In this document: positions 35,239 to 46,018 of the stretch, piece after piece | How the letters are laid out: every line of letters begins with the position of its first letter | Numbering within the stretch: position 1 is the first letter of the stretch | Assembly (NCBI GenBank): GCA_041650595.1 | Contig: JBAZKW010000003.1 | Coordinates: 44,843 to 108,842, forward strand | Direction: 5' to 3' | Length of the DNA: 64,000 nt | Source of the DNA: Candidatus Margulisiibacteriota bacterium | Lineage (GTDB): Bacteria; Margulisbacteria; WOR-1; JAKLHX01 | Program-made: the position numbers and the translations under genes | Notes under the pieces: model-generated | Told to the model about the DNA's origin: nothing | The model's input: only the letters and a program-made list of their open reading frames with translations | Database searches by the model: none

Positions 35239-35526
35239 CTATAAATTAACATCAATAGGAAATTCATGTTTGTTGACAAATTCCACTCTCTTCAACAATC
35301 TTTTAAGACCAGCCCTTCCACATCCGGATTTCATATATTTTTCCCGTTCGATGGCAGTAGATTCATTTTTCAAACATTCATAATATAGCATCTTAAAGGG
35401 CCTTCTGCGTCTGGTTGATTGTACTTTGCCGACATTGTGTTGATTGAATCGTCTCTTTAGATTGTTAGTATGACCAATATAAATATCCCCGTCTTTTTCA
35501 CTCTGAAGTACATATATGTAACACAT
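35239..35526 (-). CDS. GIY-YIG nuclease family protein (YhbQ/COG2827-like)
   Basis: MCYIYVLQSEKDGDIYIGHTNNLKRRFNQHNVG...AIEREKYMK. The stop lies 9 nt before tRNA-Leu position +1. Confidence 0.8.
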   Translation of the reverse strand: MCYIYVLQSEKDGDIYIGHTNNLKRRFNQHNVGKVQSTRRRRPFKMLYYECLKNESTAIEREKYMKSGCGRAGLKRLLKRVEFVNKHEFPIDVNL

Positions 35527-35531
35527 TAATT

Positions 35532-35585
35532 AGTCCCTCGTGTATACCCCTGCCTGCCGGCAGGCAGGAATTCCACCACAACGGC
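35532..35585 (-). pseudogene. Displaced 5' half of tRNA-Leu(UAA) (nt 1-33) with palindrome A in the D-loop
   Basis: The minus strand reads GCCGTTGTGGTGGAATT[CCTGCCTGCCGGCAGGCAGG]GGTATACACGAGGGACT. Outside the 20-nt insert (35549-35568) it is identical to the intact copy. Confidence 0.85.
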
Positions 35586-35591
35586 AAAAGA

Positions 35592-35870
35592 TCAGTCCTT
35601 TATTATTATCTTGTAGGCAAGTTCACTGTTCATAACATAGCCCAACCTGCGCCGGGCAACCATCTCTATATGGCTGTCTGTCTCAAGCTCTTTGAGCCTT
35701 GATAAAAGGATATTTTTTCTGGTCTGACCCGAAGCTATCTCTTTAATCAGCCTATTTTCCTGGTTTTTTAAAGAATCATACCTGTCAAGACCGTTCTTTA
35801 TGATGACAAGCGAAAGAGCGATCACAACTATAAGGAAAAAAAGATCGTACCGCACTTTTGAGCGTTTCAT
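35592..35870 (-). CDS. Septum formation initiator (FtsB/DivIC-like)
   Basis: 92 aa with an N-terminal TM helix, then a coiled coil and the conserved tail IEMVARRRLGYVMNSE. Confidence 0.6.
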   Translation of the reverse strand: MKRSKVRYDLFFLIVVIALSLVIIKNGLDRYDSLKNQENRLIKEIASGQTRKNILLSRLKELETDSHIEMVARRRLGYVMNSELAYKIIIKD

Positions 35871-35875
35871 GATAT

Positions 35876-38473
35876 CTATTTCAAATATTCCAACATTCTT
35901 CTGGCATATTCGTTTGAGCCGTCCGAGGCCAAGGCCTGTTTGAAAGACTGTGCAGCTTTCTGTCTGTCCCCTGTTTTCATATAATAAGCACCCAGTCCGT
36001 TATTCAATACGGCATTGTCCGGTTCTATCATCATCGCTTCCTGGAATTTGTTAAAAGCCTCCTTGTCCTTATTGGTCTGTAAAAGCACCATGCCGATCCC
36101 GACGATGGCTTTTACATCGGAATGATCTATCGCAAGGGCTGCATTGTATTTTTCGACAGCTTTTTTATAAAACCCTGCTTCGCGGTAAAGATCTCCGAGC
36201 AATACCAGCAGAATCCCGTTAGCCGGCTCGATCTGAAGAGGTCTTTCAAGTATTTCAAAGGCTTTCTCGCTCTGGCCGGCTTGTTTGTAATATCTGTATA
36301 TTGACAAACCTATATCCATATTTTTTGGAAATGCTTCGAACGCTTTTTCATATAATCTTATGGCTTCTTTCAGATCGCCCCTTTTTTCCGCTATATAGCT
36401 TAAGTTCTGGTATGCCTCCGCATAATAAGGATCGATGATTATTGCCTTTTCACTAAGACCTTTGGCAGTGCCGACATAATCACCCTGCCCCATATCGTTC
36501 AGTATTATATGCGCTCTTCCGGACATATAAAAATTGTCCGCATTATACGGATCGACTTTTTGTCCGCGCGCGAAGACATCTATAGCTTTTCTCATGAGCG
36601 CGGCATCGGGGGGCTTTCCTGCTCTGCTGTTAAGGACAGTCATGCCGTAATGAGTGTAATATCCTCCGTCAAAAGTCATATACTTCAACGATTTTTCAAA
36701 ATTCTCAAAGGACTCATCGAATTGCCCGCCCGCCGCATAGTTCTGGGCGGTCTTGAAATATTTGTCGCCTAAATAAGGAAACGAAGAAATATACAAAAAT
36801 ACCGCCACAACAAGCCATACGGCAATAATAAGCTCAACCTTGGCGGCGGCGGGTTTTGTCTCGCATCTTTCCTGCTCTTTCGGCACCATTCCCATAATTA
36901 TCCAAAAGAGAGAGGTCATGGCCACCACGCCGAAACTAAATTGGTTTTGTATCAAATAAGCGGCCATTGCACCCAGAAGTCCGGCTGTTAGAACATTGCG
37001 GCCGGGGTCTTCTTTCATATTATTGAGACCCAGACGGAAAACAGAGAATAAAAGCCAGACATATACCACAAGGCCGACTATCCCGCGGGTCACGGCCATG
37101 TCCAAAGTTTCATTGTGAGATCTGTCCTGCTTAACATGAAAAGCTTCTTTGAAGCGGAATTTAGGCGTCTCGTACTGAGGGAACCTCATTTTTACGACTT
37201 CCGGACCTATTCCAAACAGAACATTGTCGGCAATAACATGAAAAGAACTGGTCCATGTCTCGATACGGCTCCCCGCGGCACCTTGCGCTTCTACTCTGGG
37301 AACTCCTTCTTTTGAAGACACATCCACCTCTCCGACAAATCTGCCAACCTGATCGGCACCGATGGTAGCAAACGATATAATTCCGATGACGGTACAAAAC
37401 ACCGCAGAAATTATTATTTTGCGCCTGTACTCGTAAAGAGTCTGCCGGCCGCATATTATCGCAAATACAACAAGTCCGCAGGCCAGCCCGACCAATCCGC
37501 CCCTGCTTTGCGTGGAAAGAAGGCCTCCCAAATTTATGATAAGAGAAATGATTATCGCCAGAGATGAAATCCTGTAGTCGAGATGTTCAAAATTGAAAGC
37601 ATAATAAATTGCGAATGTGACTGCAATAAAGAACACCGCCAGCCAGCTCAAAAAATATACATTTCCGTCTACATAATATAAAGCAAAAACAAAAATGGAA
37701 GGGACACTGATAAAAGCGGCAAAGAATTTGGATTGAAAAATTATCTCTTGCCAGTTAACAGAATATGAGGCCGCCATCTTTTGAGGAGTATTTCTCTTTA
37801 ATAATTTTATTTGTTTTTTTGAAAGTGAGGACATGTTCTTTGCCGGCTCTTTTTTGGAAAAATAAATAGGCCTGTTGTTGTTCAGCGTAAAAAGAAGATA
37901 TATACCCATCAAAAAAGCCATGGCAAGATAGGCAGCCAAAAAATTCGGCTGGCCTATAGTCGCTATAACTCTCTCATTGGTAACTACCCCGCCCCACTGG
38001 TAAGGGTCCGCACCTATCCTTTGTATGATGCCGTAAAGGCCCATAACAAGCGAAGAAATTAGCGCAAGCATCATGATCCTGCGTTTTTTCCGGATAGTAT
38101 CTATATAATTGGCGGTCACAAAGAAAAGCACGACATAGTTGAGGATAGTGATAAAACCCTCATATCTGCCGTAGGAACCGATAAAGCTGATCCAAACATT
38201 TATAGAGATCAGGGTAGAAGCCGCCACTACGACGATATATGTAAGGACCGGAATGTCTAAAGGGGTCCGTATGAACTTATTTCCTTTGGAAGACAATAAT
38301 TTGGTGGCAATAAGCCCCAGTATTATAAATGTCAACGCCCTGATCCAAGTTGCCTTGGTAAGAGAAAAAACAATCCCTATGCGCCTGTCAAAAAAAAGAG
38401 GCGCGAACAATATCAACGCGTAAAAAGTTATCTCTATTGCCAGATCCAGATATTTTTGCAGTTTTTCAGGCAT
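35876..38473 (-). CDS. O-antigen ligase-like polytopic membrane protein fused to C-terminal TPR repeats
   Basis: Many TM helices, a Wzy_C-like loop (LSTQSRGGLVGLACG) and about 300 aa of TPR units at the C-terminus. Confidence 0.7.
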   Translation of the reverse strand: MPEKLQKYLDLAIEITFYALILFAPLFFDRRIGIVFSLTKATWIRALTFIILGLIATKLLSSKGNKFIRTPLDIPVLTYIVVVAASTLISINVWISFIGSYGRYEGFITILNYVVLFFVTANYIDTIRKKRRIMMLALISSLVMGLYGIIQRIGADPYQWGGVVTNERVIATIGQPNFLAAYLAMAFLMGIYLLFTLNNNRPIYFSKKEPAKNMSSLSKKQIKLLKRNTPQKMAASYSVNWQEIIFQSKFFAAFISVPSIFVFALYYVDGNVYFLSWLAVFFIAVTFAIYYAFNFEHLDYRISSLAIIISLIINLGGLLSTQSRGGLVGLACGLVVFAIICGRQTLYEYRRKIIISAVFCTVIGIISFATIGADQVGRFVGEVDVSSKEGVPRVEAQGAAGSRIETWTSSFHVIADNVLFGIGPEVVKMRFPQYETPKFRFKEAFHVKQDRSHNETLDMAVTRGIVGLVVYVWLLFSVFRLGLNNMKEDPGRNVLTAGLLGAMAAYLIQNQFSFGVVAMTSLFWIIMGMVPKEQERCETKPAAAKVELIIAVWLVVAVFLYISSFPYLGDKYFKTAQNYAAGGQFDESFENFEKSLKYMTFDGGYYTHYGMTVLNSRAGKPPDAALMRKAIDVFARGQKVDPYNADNFYMSGRAHIILNDMGQGDYVGTAKGLSEKAIIIDPYYAEAYQNLSYIAEKRGDLKEAIRLYEKAFEAFPKNMDIGLSIYRYYKQAGQSEKAFEILERPLQIEPANGILLVLLGDLYREAGFYKKAVEKYNAALAIDHSDVKAIVGIGMVLLQTNKDKEAFNKFQEAMMIEPDNAVLNNGLGAYYMKTGDRQKAAQSFKQALASDGSNEYARRMLEYLK

Positions 38474-38534
38474 TTCTTCTCTTACTTAAGATGATACCAA
38501 TTCTACTTACATTCTACAAGCCTGGCAAAAGGCC

Positions 38535-39293
38535 TCAGCACCTCAGATACCACCGCCACAACGTCTCACCCCAGAAGATCACAATGATGGCCGAAACCGC
38601 CAAATATGGGCCAAAAGGTATTTCCTCTCCTCTTTTTTTCATCTTAGTTGCCAGCAATACTATAGAGATAATCGCGCCTATAAGAAAAGAGAGCGCTATA
38701 GACAGTATTATTCCTTTTGGGCCGAAAAAAGCCCCTAGCATTGCGGCAAGGAGGACATCTCCTTCGCCCATCGCCTCTTTCTTATATATAAGCTGTCCAA
38801 GGATCCGGATACAAAAGAAAAAACCGGCTCCAATGGCCATCCCGTAAAAAGAGCCGATCAGGGAACCGGAATACAACCCGTACAAAAGACCGGCTATTAT
38901 TCCGGAAAAACTTAAATAATCATGTATGGTCTGTGTTTCAAGATCGGTAAACGCGACAGCTATAAGTATCGAGATAAAAACAAAGTAGAAAACGCTTACA
39001 AAACCGGCCCCGAATTTAAAATATATGGTAAGGAACAAAAATCCGGTGAGTGCTTCCACGATAGGATATCTTATTGATATTGACCCGCCGCAATAACGGC
39101 ATTTTCCGCGCAGAAAGATGTAACTTATTATCGGCAACAGGTCAATGGCAGATAGCCTGTGACTGCATTTCGGGCAATTTGAAGGCGGATATACGATGGA
39201 TTTTTCCTGGGGTAGACGGCATATGCAAACATTCAAAAAACTTCCTACGACCAGACCGAGAAGAAAAACCGTTATAATGAAAAACAAATTCAT
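38535..39293 (-). CDS. Prepilin peptidase (A24 family)
   Basis: CPKC...CRYCGG zinc module, then polytopic A24 peptidase blocks (AMGEGDVLLAAMLGAFFG). Confidence 0.85.
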   Translation of the reverse strand: MNLFFIITVFLLGLVVGSFLNVCICRLPQEKSIVYPPSNCPKCSHRLSAIDLLPIISYIFLRGKCRYCGGSISIRYPIVEALTGFLFLTIYFKFGAGFVSVFYFVFISILIAVAFTDLETQTIHDYLSFSGIIAGLLYGLYSGSLIGSFYGMAIGAGFFFCIRILGQLIYKKEAMGEGDVLLAAMLGAFFGPKGIILSIALSFLIGAIISIVLLATKMKKRGEEIPFGPYLAVSAIIVIFWGETLWRWYLRC

Positions 39294-39302
39294 GACAATC
39301 TC

Positions 39303-40520
39303 TTATGTACGGGCCCCGATCAAATCGGGGCCCCTTCTCTTATTTTTAAAATCTCTTACAATATCCAGATCCTTATCCCCTCTGCCGGAGAGACAAACAA
39401 CTACGATATCATTTTTAGACAGCCTGCCCCGCAGATTTTTCAAATAAGCTATCGCATGGGAAGATTCAAGAGCAGGGATTATCCCTTCTTTTTCCGAAAG
39501 CATATGAAAAGCTTCTATGGCTTGTTCATCATTTACCGTAACGTATTTCACTCTGCCTATCTTATTCAGATAGGAATGTTCGGGGCCGACTCCGGGATAA
39601 TCAAGCCCGGCCGATACTGAATGGGTAAGAGATATTTGTCCATCCCTGGTCTGCATGACGCGGCTTAATGACCCGTGAAGCACGCCCGGCCGGCCTCCCG
39701 CAATAGCTGCCGAATGCATTCCGGATTTTATTCCCATACCGCCTGCTTCTACACCTACCAATTTGACTTTTCTGTCTTCAATAAAAGGATAGAACATGCC
39801 TATAGAATTACTCCCGCCTCCCACACAAGCCAAAACGGTGTCAGGAAGTTTTCCTTCAATGCTTTTTATCTGCTTTTTGGTCTCATATCCGATCACCGAC
39901 TGAAAATCCCTTACCATCACAGGATATGGATGCGGGCCGATACAGCTGCCTATTATATAGAAGGTGTCTTTTACATTAGCCATCCAGTCGCGCATGGCCT
40001 CATTAACAGCTTCTTTAAGGGTCTTAGATCCGGCGTTGACACTTCTTACCTCGGTTCCCAAAAGTCTCATCCTGAAAACATTGAGTGCTTGCCGTTTTAT
40101 ATCGTCCGAACCCATATAAACAATGCATTTCAAGCCGAAAAGCGCAGCAACGGTCGCCGTGGCGACACCATGCTGGCCTGCACCGGTCTCGGCTATTATC
40201 CTTTTCTTCCCCATCCTCTTTGCCAAAAGTATCTGGCCGATGCAATTATTGATCTTGTGAGCTCCCGTATGACAAAGATCCTCTCTCTTAAGATATATCT
40301 TAAAACCATATTCTTTTGAGAGCTTTTCGGTAAAATACAAAGAAGTGGGTCTTCCCGCAAAGTTGTTAAGATAATAATTCAGTTCTTCTTTGAACTTCTT
40401 GTCTGTTCTTACTTCAAAATAGGCGGTTTTAAGTTCTTCAACGCATGGAACAAGGGTTTCAGGGACGAATGCGCCCCCAAACTCGCCAAAATATCCTCTG
40501 TTGTCAGGTTGATTGTACAT
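39303..40520 (-). CDS. trpB: Tryptophan synthase beta chain
   Basis: [22 protein letters not shown] (PLP lysine) and GGGSNSIG. Confidence 0.9.
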   Translation of the reverse strand: MYNQPDNRGYFGEFGGAFVPETLVPCVEELKTAYFEVRTDKKFKEELNYYLNNFAGRPTSLYFTEKLSKEYGFKIYLKREDLCHTGAHKINNCIGQILLAKRMGKKRIIAETGAGQHGVATATVAALFGLKCIVYMGSDDIKRQALNVFRMRLLGTEVRSVNAGSKTLKEAVNEAMRDWMANVKDTFYIIGSCIGPHPYPVMVRDFQSVIGYETKKQIKSIEGKLPDTVLACVGGGSNSIGMFYPFIEDRKVKLVGVEAGGMGIKSGMHSAAIAGGRPGVLHGSLSRVMQTRDGQISLTHSVSAGLDYPGVGPEHSYLNKIGRVKYVTVNDEQAIEAFHMLSEKEGIIPALESSHAIAYLKNLRGRLSKNDIVVVCLSGRGDKDLDIVRDFKNKRRGPDLIGART

Positions 40521-40528
40521 TGTAATTT

Positions 40529-40613
40529 GTCATTGCGAGCCCCGCCTTTGGCGGAGCGAAGCAATCCCATAGACCAATGGGATTGCTTCGTCGCTTACGC
40601 TCCTCGCAATGAC
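40529..40613. repeat. Nested inverted-repeat element family B, copy 3
   Basis: GTCATTGCGAGCCCCGCCTTTGGCGGAGCGAAGCAATCCCATAGACCAATGGGATTGCTTCGTCGCTTACGCTCCTCGCAATGAC in the trpB/leuS divergent spacer. Confidence 0.9.
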
Positions 40614-40665
40614 ACTTTCCATATTTTTGACTATTATATCACGCGCATATATAATTATGCTTATA

Positions 40666-43143
40666 ATGGTAGAGTATAATTTTCGTGAAATTGAGAAGAA
40701 ATGGCAGGATTTTTGGGAAGCCAACAAAACCAATGAAGCCCTAAACCAAAGTGACAAGCCAAAGTTTTATGACCTCGTGATGTTCCCCTACCCGTCAGGC
40801 GCCATACATATGGGACATGTCAGGAATTATGCCATAGGAGATATAGTAGCCAGATACAAAAAAATGCAGGGCTTCAATGTACTGCATCCCATCGGCTGGG
40901 ACGCTTTTGGCATGCCGGCCGAGAATGCCGCGATAAAGAACAACTCCCATCCCAGAGACTGGACCGAAAAATGCATAGAGAGAATGAAAGTACAGCTAAA
41001 GAAGCTGGGTCTTTCCTACGATTGGTCTAGGGAAGTCACCACCTGCAAGGAGGATTATTACAAATGGACACAATGGATATTCCTTCAGTTTTACAAGGCG
41101 GGACTGGCTTACAGAAAAAAAGCCACCATAAATTGGTGCAATACCTGTGAAACAGTGCTTGCCAACGAACAGGCAAAAGAAGGAAAATGCTGGAGATGCG
41201 ACAGCAAAGTCGAAGAAAAAGCGCTCGAACAATGGTTTTTTAAGATAACCGCATACGCCGACAAACTGCTCAACGATATAGACAAACTGGAAGGGTGGCC
41301 GGATTCTGTAAAAATAATGCAGCGCAACTGGATCGGCAAAAGTGAGGGCACCAAAATAATCTTTAAGATCGAGAATTCTGATAAGACGCTCGAAGTTTTT
41401 ACCACAAGACCGGATACTTTGTTCGGCGTGACATATATGACGCTGGCACCGGAACATCCGCTGACGCTTGAGGTTTCGCATACGAAACCTCAACACGAGG
41501 CGGTAAAAAACTATATAGAAAAAGTCCGTGAAGAGAAAAAGCTCACCAGAGAGTTGTCGGATGAAAAGACGGGTGAGTTTACCGGGGCTTTTGCAATAAA
41601 TCCCGCAAACAACGAAAAAATACCGATATGGACGTCCGATTACGTCCTTATGGAATACGGCACAGGCGCTGTTATGGCCGTTCCGGCACACGACCAGAGA
41701 GATTTTGATTTCGCGAAGAAATTCGGATTGCCGGTCAAAACAGTGATCGTTCCGGTTGACCGCGTAGATGTTGATTGTAATCGACATCTACCTTTGGAAA
41801 TCAACGGTGCCTACGTCGATCCCGGCGTCATGGTAAACTCCGCCCAATTCGACGGCACAAAAAGCCCCGATGCCATAAACGCGATCACCGACTGGCTCAT
41901 CGAAAAGGGCGTCGGTAAAAGGGAAGTGAATTATAAGATCAGGGATTGGCTGATATCACGCCAGCGCTACTGGGGCGCGCCGATCCCGATAATTTATTGC
42001 GAAAAATGCGGTGCCGTTCCTGTTCCGGAAAAAGATCTCCCGGTAAAGCTCCCTTATGATGTAAAATTCACGGGAGAAGGGGGATCCCCTCTTTCAAGAT
42101 CCGATAAATTCGTAAATACAACATGCCCAAAGTGCGGAGATAAAGCAAAAAGAGAAACAGATACGCTGGATACGTTCAACTGCTCGTCGTGGTATTTTCT
42201 GCGCTACATAAATCCTAAGCAAATGGACAAGCCGTTCACATATGATGACTTAAAATATTGGATGCCTGTTGACCAATATATCGGAGGGATAGAACATGCT
42301 ATCCTTCATCTTCTTTATTCCAGGTTTTTCACCAAAGCCCTTTACGATCTTAAGCTGGTCCCGGCGGACGAACCTTTCAAAAATCTTTTGACCCAAGGAA
42401 TGGTCGTCAAAGACGGGGCAAAGATGAGCAAATCCAAGGGCAACGTGGTCGATCCGGATTACATTACCGAAAGATACGGGGCCGACACTGCCAGGCTTTT
42501 TATATTATTCGCGTCCCCTCCCGAGAGAGAGCTTGAATGGAGCGACGCAGGAGTAGAAGGAAGCTACCGGTTTTTGACTAGGATATGGAGATTGATTACG
42601 GAACAAGCCCTCACCCCCATCCCCTCTCCCAGCACGCTCTCGGCGGGCGTTGGGAGAGGGGTGCCCGAAGGGCGGGGTGAGGGTGAGATCATCCAAAAAC
42701 TCCACAAAACCATCAAAGGCGTGACGGATGACATCGAAAGATTTTCTTTCAATACGGCAATATCAAAGATCATGGAGCTTGTCAATGCATTGCAGGGACA
42801 ATCTTTCAGCAAGGCAACAGCAGAAAAGCTTATTATCATGATCTATCCGTTTGCTCCTCATATAGCGGAAGAGTTGTGGCATATGTTGGGAAATAAAAAT
42901 ACAATAACATCCGAGACCTGGCCTAAACATGACGAAAACCTCGCAAAAGAAAGCCGGATCGAGATACCGATCCAGGTGAATGGTAAATTGAGAGACAAAA
43001 TAATGGCTCGGGCCGGGATCTCGGAAGAAAACGCTAAAGAACTCGCGTTAAATACCGATAAAATTAAACAGGCGATCGCAGAAAAACAGATAGTTAAAAT
43101 AATTTTCGCAGGCGGAAAACTCGTGAATATTGTCGTAAAATAG
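40666..43143 (+). CDS. leuS: Leucine--tRNA ligase, carrying two in-frame palindrome insertions
   Basis: HMGH (HIGH-type) and KMSKS motifs and a CP1 editing domain. Start set at MVEYNFREIEKKWQ. Confidence 0.95.
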   Translation: MVEYNFREIEKKWQDFWEANKTNEALNQSDKPKFYDLVMFPYPSGAIHMGHVRNYAIGDIVARYKKMQGFNVLHPIGWDAFGMPAENAAIKNNSHPRDWTEKCIERMKVQLKKLGLSYDWSREVTTCKEDYYKWTQWIFLQFYKAGLAYRKKATINWCNTCETVLANEQAKEGKCWRCDSKVEEKALEQWFFKITAYADKLLNDIDKLEGWPDSVKIMQRNWIGKSEGTKIIFKIENSDKTLEVFTTRPDTLFGVTYMTLAPEHPLTLEVSHTKPQHEAVKNYIEKVREEKKLTRELSDEKTGEFTGAFAINPANNEKIPIWTSDYVLMEYGTGAVMAVPAHDQRDFDFAKKFGLPVKTVIVPVDRVDVDCNRHLPLEINGAYVDPGVMVNSAQFDGTKSPDAINAITDWLIEKGVGKREVNYKIRDWLISRQRYWGAPIPIIYCEKCGAVPVPEKDLPVKLPYDVKFTGEGGSPLSRSDKFVNTTCPKCGDKAKRETDTLDTFNCSSWYFLRYINPKQMDKPFTYDDLKYWMPVDQYIGGIEHAILHLLYSRFFTKALYDLKLVPADEPFKNLLTQGMVVKDGAKMSKSKGNVVDPDYITERYGADTARLFILFASPPERELEWSDAGVEGSYRFLTRIWRLITEQALTPIPSPSTLSAGVGRGVPEGRGEGEIIQKLHKTIKGVTDDIERFSFNTAISKIMELVNALQGQSFSKATAEKLIIMIYPFAPHIAEELWHMLGNKNTITSETWPKHDENLAKESRIEIPIQVNGKLRDKIMARAGISEENAKELALNTDKIKQAIAEKQIVKIIFAGGKLVNIVVK
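41764..41791. repeat. Palindrome family F (GTAGATGYYGATTGYAATCGRCATCTAC), copy inside leuS
   Basis: GTAGATGTTGATTGTAATCGACATCTAC encodes VDVDCNRHL. Confidence 0.9.
42608..42684. repeat. Palindrome family C, long copy inside leuS
   Basis: CCCTCACCCCCATCCCCTCTCCC ... GGGAGAGGGG ... GGGGTGAGGGTGAG encodes ALTPIPSPSTLSAGVGRGVPEGRGEGE. Confidence 0.85.
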
Positions 43144-43180
43144 GCGGCTTATATTATACCGTACAAACCGCCTATCTTTT
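43141..43180. terminator. Possible bidirectional terminator hairpin
   Basis: TAGGCGG-N20-CCGCCTA followed by TCTTTT, between the convergent leuS and GH16 genes. The loop is long. Confidence 0.45.
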
Positions 43181-43191
43181 CAAACCAATAA

Positions 43192-44451
43192 TTATTTGCC
43201 GCTGTCCACCGCAAAACCCGATAATTTTACCGCAACAGGTTGTCCGGCTGCCATTAAATTGATCTTTGATGTGTTTTTTGGAATTTCCACACTCTGATCT
43301 GCAGTGCCCTCCGGGTTAATTACAGCTACGCCGGTATTTGCTTCATTTGAATCAATAAATACAATTTTGAACGGGCCCTTTTTATCGGTTCCATCCTTGA
43401 ATTCCCAAGAAAAAAGAAGGTTCCCTTCCAGCTTCTTGCCTTCAAAGAGCACCATGCCGTCATCATACTCGCTTCCTGAAAATTCCACGCCGTCACCAAC
43501 TTTATCCCCGCTTGCGCTGTTGAATGAAATCCCTTTAAGGCCTGTCAGCGGGGTTCCATTCGAAGTTTTTTCGGCTGGCGCGGCTGCTTTTGGAGCTGTT
43601 TCAGGCTTTACGACCTGCTGCTCACTGCCGCCTTTGGCATTTTCAGCTGATGGGATATAAGTAATACTGTCATAGTATGCGGCGATAGGGCCTTTGTATG
43701 TGAACGGTTTTAGCCATCCGTCAACACCTGTCCCTGGCCACAAATTCATCATTATTTTTCCTTCATGGGAAGGCAGCGGCCCATTTGAGCCGTCTTCGGA
43801 GTGGACCTGTTTCCCGTCAACATACCAGACGATCTTATCTTTTTCCCAATCGATCCTGTAAGAATGATAATCTTGGGAAGCATCAAAACCCAGGTCGATC
43901 ATTTTCTCGTGACCGCCCTTGCCATCTGTTATGTAATTTGTTTGCATCTGTGTCGGATCTTTGCCTAAGATCTCGACATCTATCTCGTCCCAAGGCTTGC
44001 CTTCACTCGGACCCGTGTAGAAGAACAATGAAGTAACAAGCCCGTTGCCGTTTGCGGCCTTGACGCTTGCTTCAAGGGAACCATAACCTAAGTGTTTGCT
44101 GCTCCTGTATTCCCCTGAAGTGTAAGGTGTGCCGCTAGAAGGCGTGTCTTCAAGTTTTAAAACAAGTTTCCCGTCTTCAAATGAAACATGATCGGATTTC
44201 CATCCGCAATTGAATGGCGCTCCGTTTGTCCAACCATTGGCCTTTTCCCACATTACATCGTTAAATTTGCTGAAATCATCTTCAAGAACCGGTTTTGCGG
44301 CAGCTTTTCCTGAGTTTTGCGCCGCGACAGTTATCGGCTCCGGCCTTGACTCCGGTGAAGGAGCTTTCTGCCCAGGTTTTTCCGACCTAAAACAACCCCA
44401 TCCGGAACCTACGGCGGAACCTGCCAACAACGACACAGCTGAACTTTCCAT
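43192..44451 (-). CDS. Secreted GH16 beta-glucanase (laminarinase/licheninase-like) with a C-terminal extra domain
   Basis: Signal-like N-terminus and the GH16 catalytic motif WDEIDVEILG. Confidence 0.8.
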   Translation of the reverse strand: MESSAVSLLAGSAVGSGWGCFRSEKPGQKAPSPESRPEPITVAAQNSGKAAAKPVLEDDFSKFNDVMWEKANGWTNGAPFNCGWKSDHVSFEDGKLVLKLEDTPSSGTPYTSGEYRSSKHLGYGSLEASVKAANGNGLVTSLFFYTGPSEGKPWDEIDVEILGKDPTQMQTNYITDGKGGHEKMIDLGFDASQDYHSYRIDWEKDKIVWYVDGKQVHSEDGSNGPLPSHEGKIMMNLWPGTGVDGWLKPFTYKGPIAAYYDSITYIPSAENAKGGSEQQVVKPETAPKAAAPAEKTSNGTPLTGLKGISFNSASGDKVGDGVEFSGSEYDDGMVLFEGKKLEGNLLFSWEFKDGTDKKGPFKIVFIDSNEANTGVAVINPEGTADQSVEIPKNTSKINLMAAGQPVAVKLSGFAVDSGK

Positions 44452-44525
44452 TTATATTCTCCTAAACAGTTATTTGGGTTTTACCCCTCTACATATATTT
44501 ATCGTCAATTTTACGGTTAGATTTC

Positions 44526-44546
44526 ATCACACCCTCATAGTGTGAT
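44526..44546. promoter_or_regulatory. Perfect 7-bp inverted repeat ATCACAC-N7-GTGTGAT upstream of gdhA
   Basis: It lies about 100 nt upstream of the gdhA ATG and has operator-like symmetry. Confidence 0.4.
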
Positions 44547-44574
44547 AAAATCTAATGTGGCACTAAGCTCGTAA

Positions 44575-45984
<1,410 letters not shown>

Positions 45985-46018
45985 TATATAAAACATTCGG
46001 TCCATTGTTTTCACACCG

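Larger units (their letters stand above)
35146..35585 (-). mobile_element. Candidate tRNA-associated GIY-YIG cassette at tRNA-Leu(UAA)
   Basis: Order on the minus strand: palindrome-tagged 5' tRNA half, GIY-YIG ORF, intact tRNA. The same architecture occurs at 28419-28785. Confidence 0.5.

Noticed and set aside
41764-42684. Inteins as the explanation for the extra segments in LeuRS (and MiaB)
   Set aside because: The inserts are only 9-27 residues and are encoded by perfect DNA hairpins. They lack intein splicing motifs (no Cys/Ser ... His-Asn Cys/Ser/Thr junctions).
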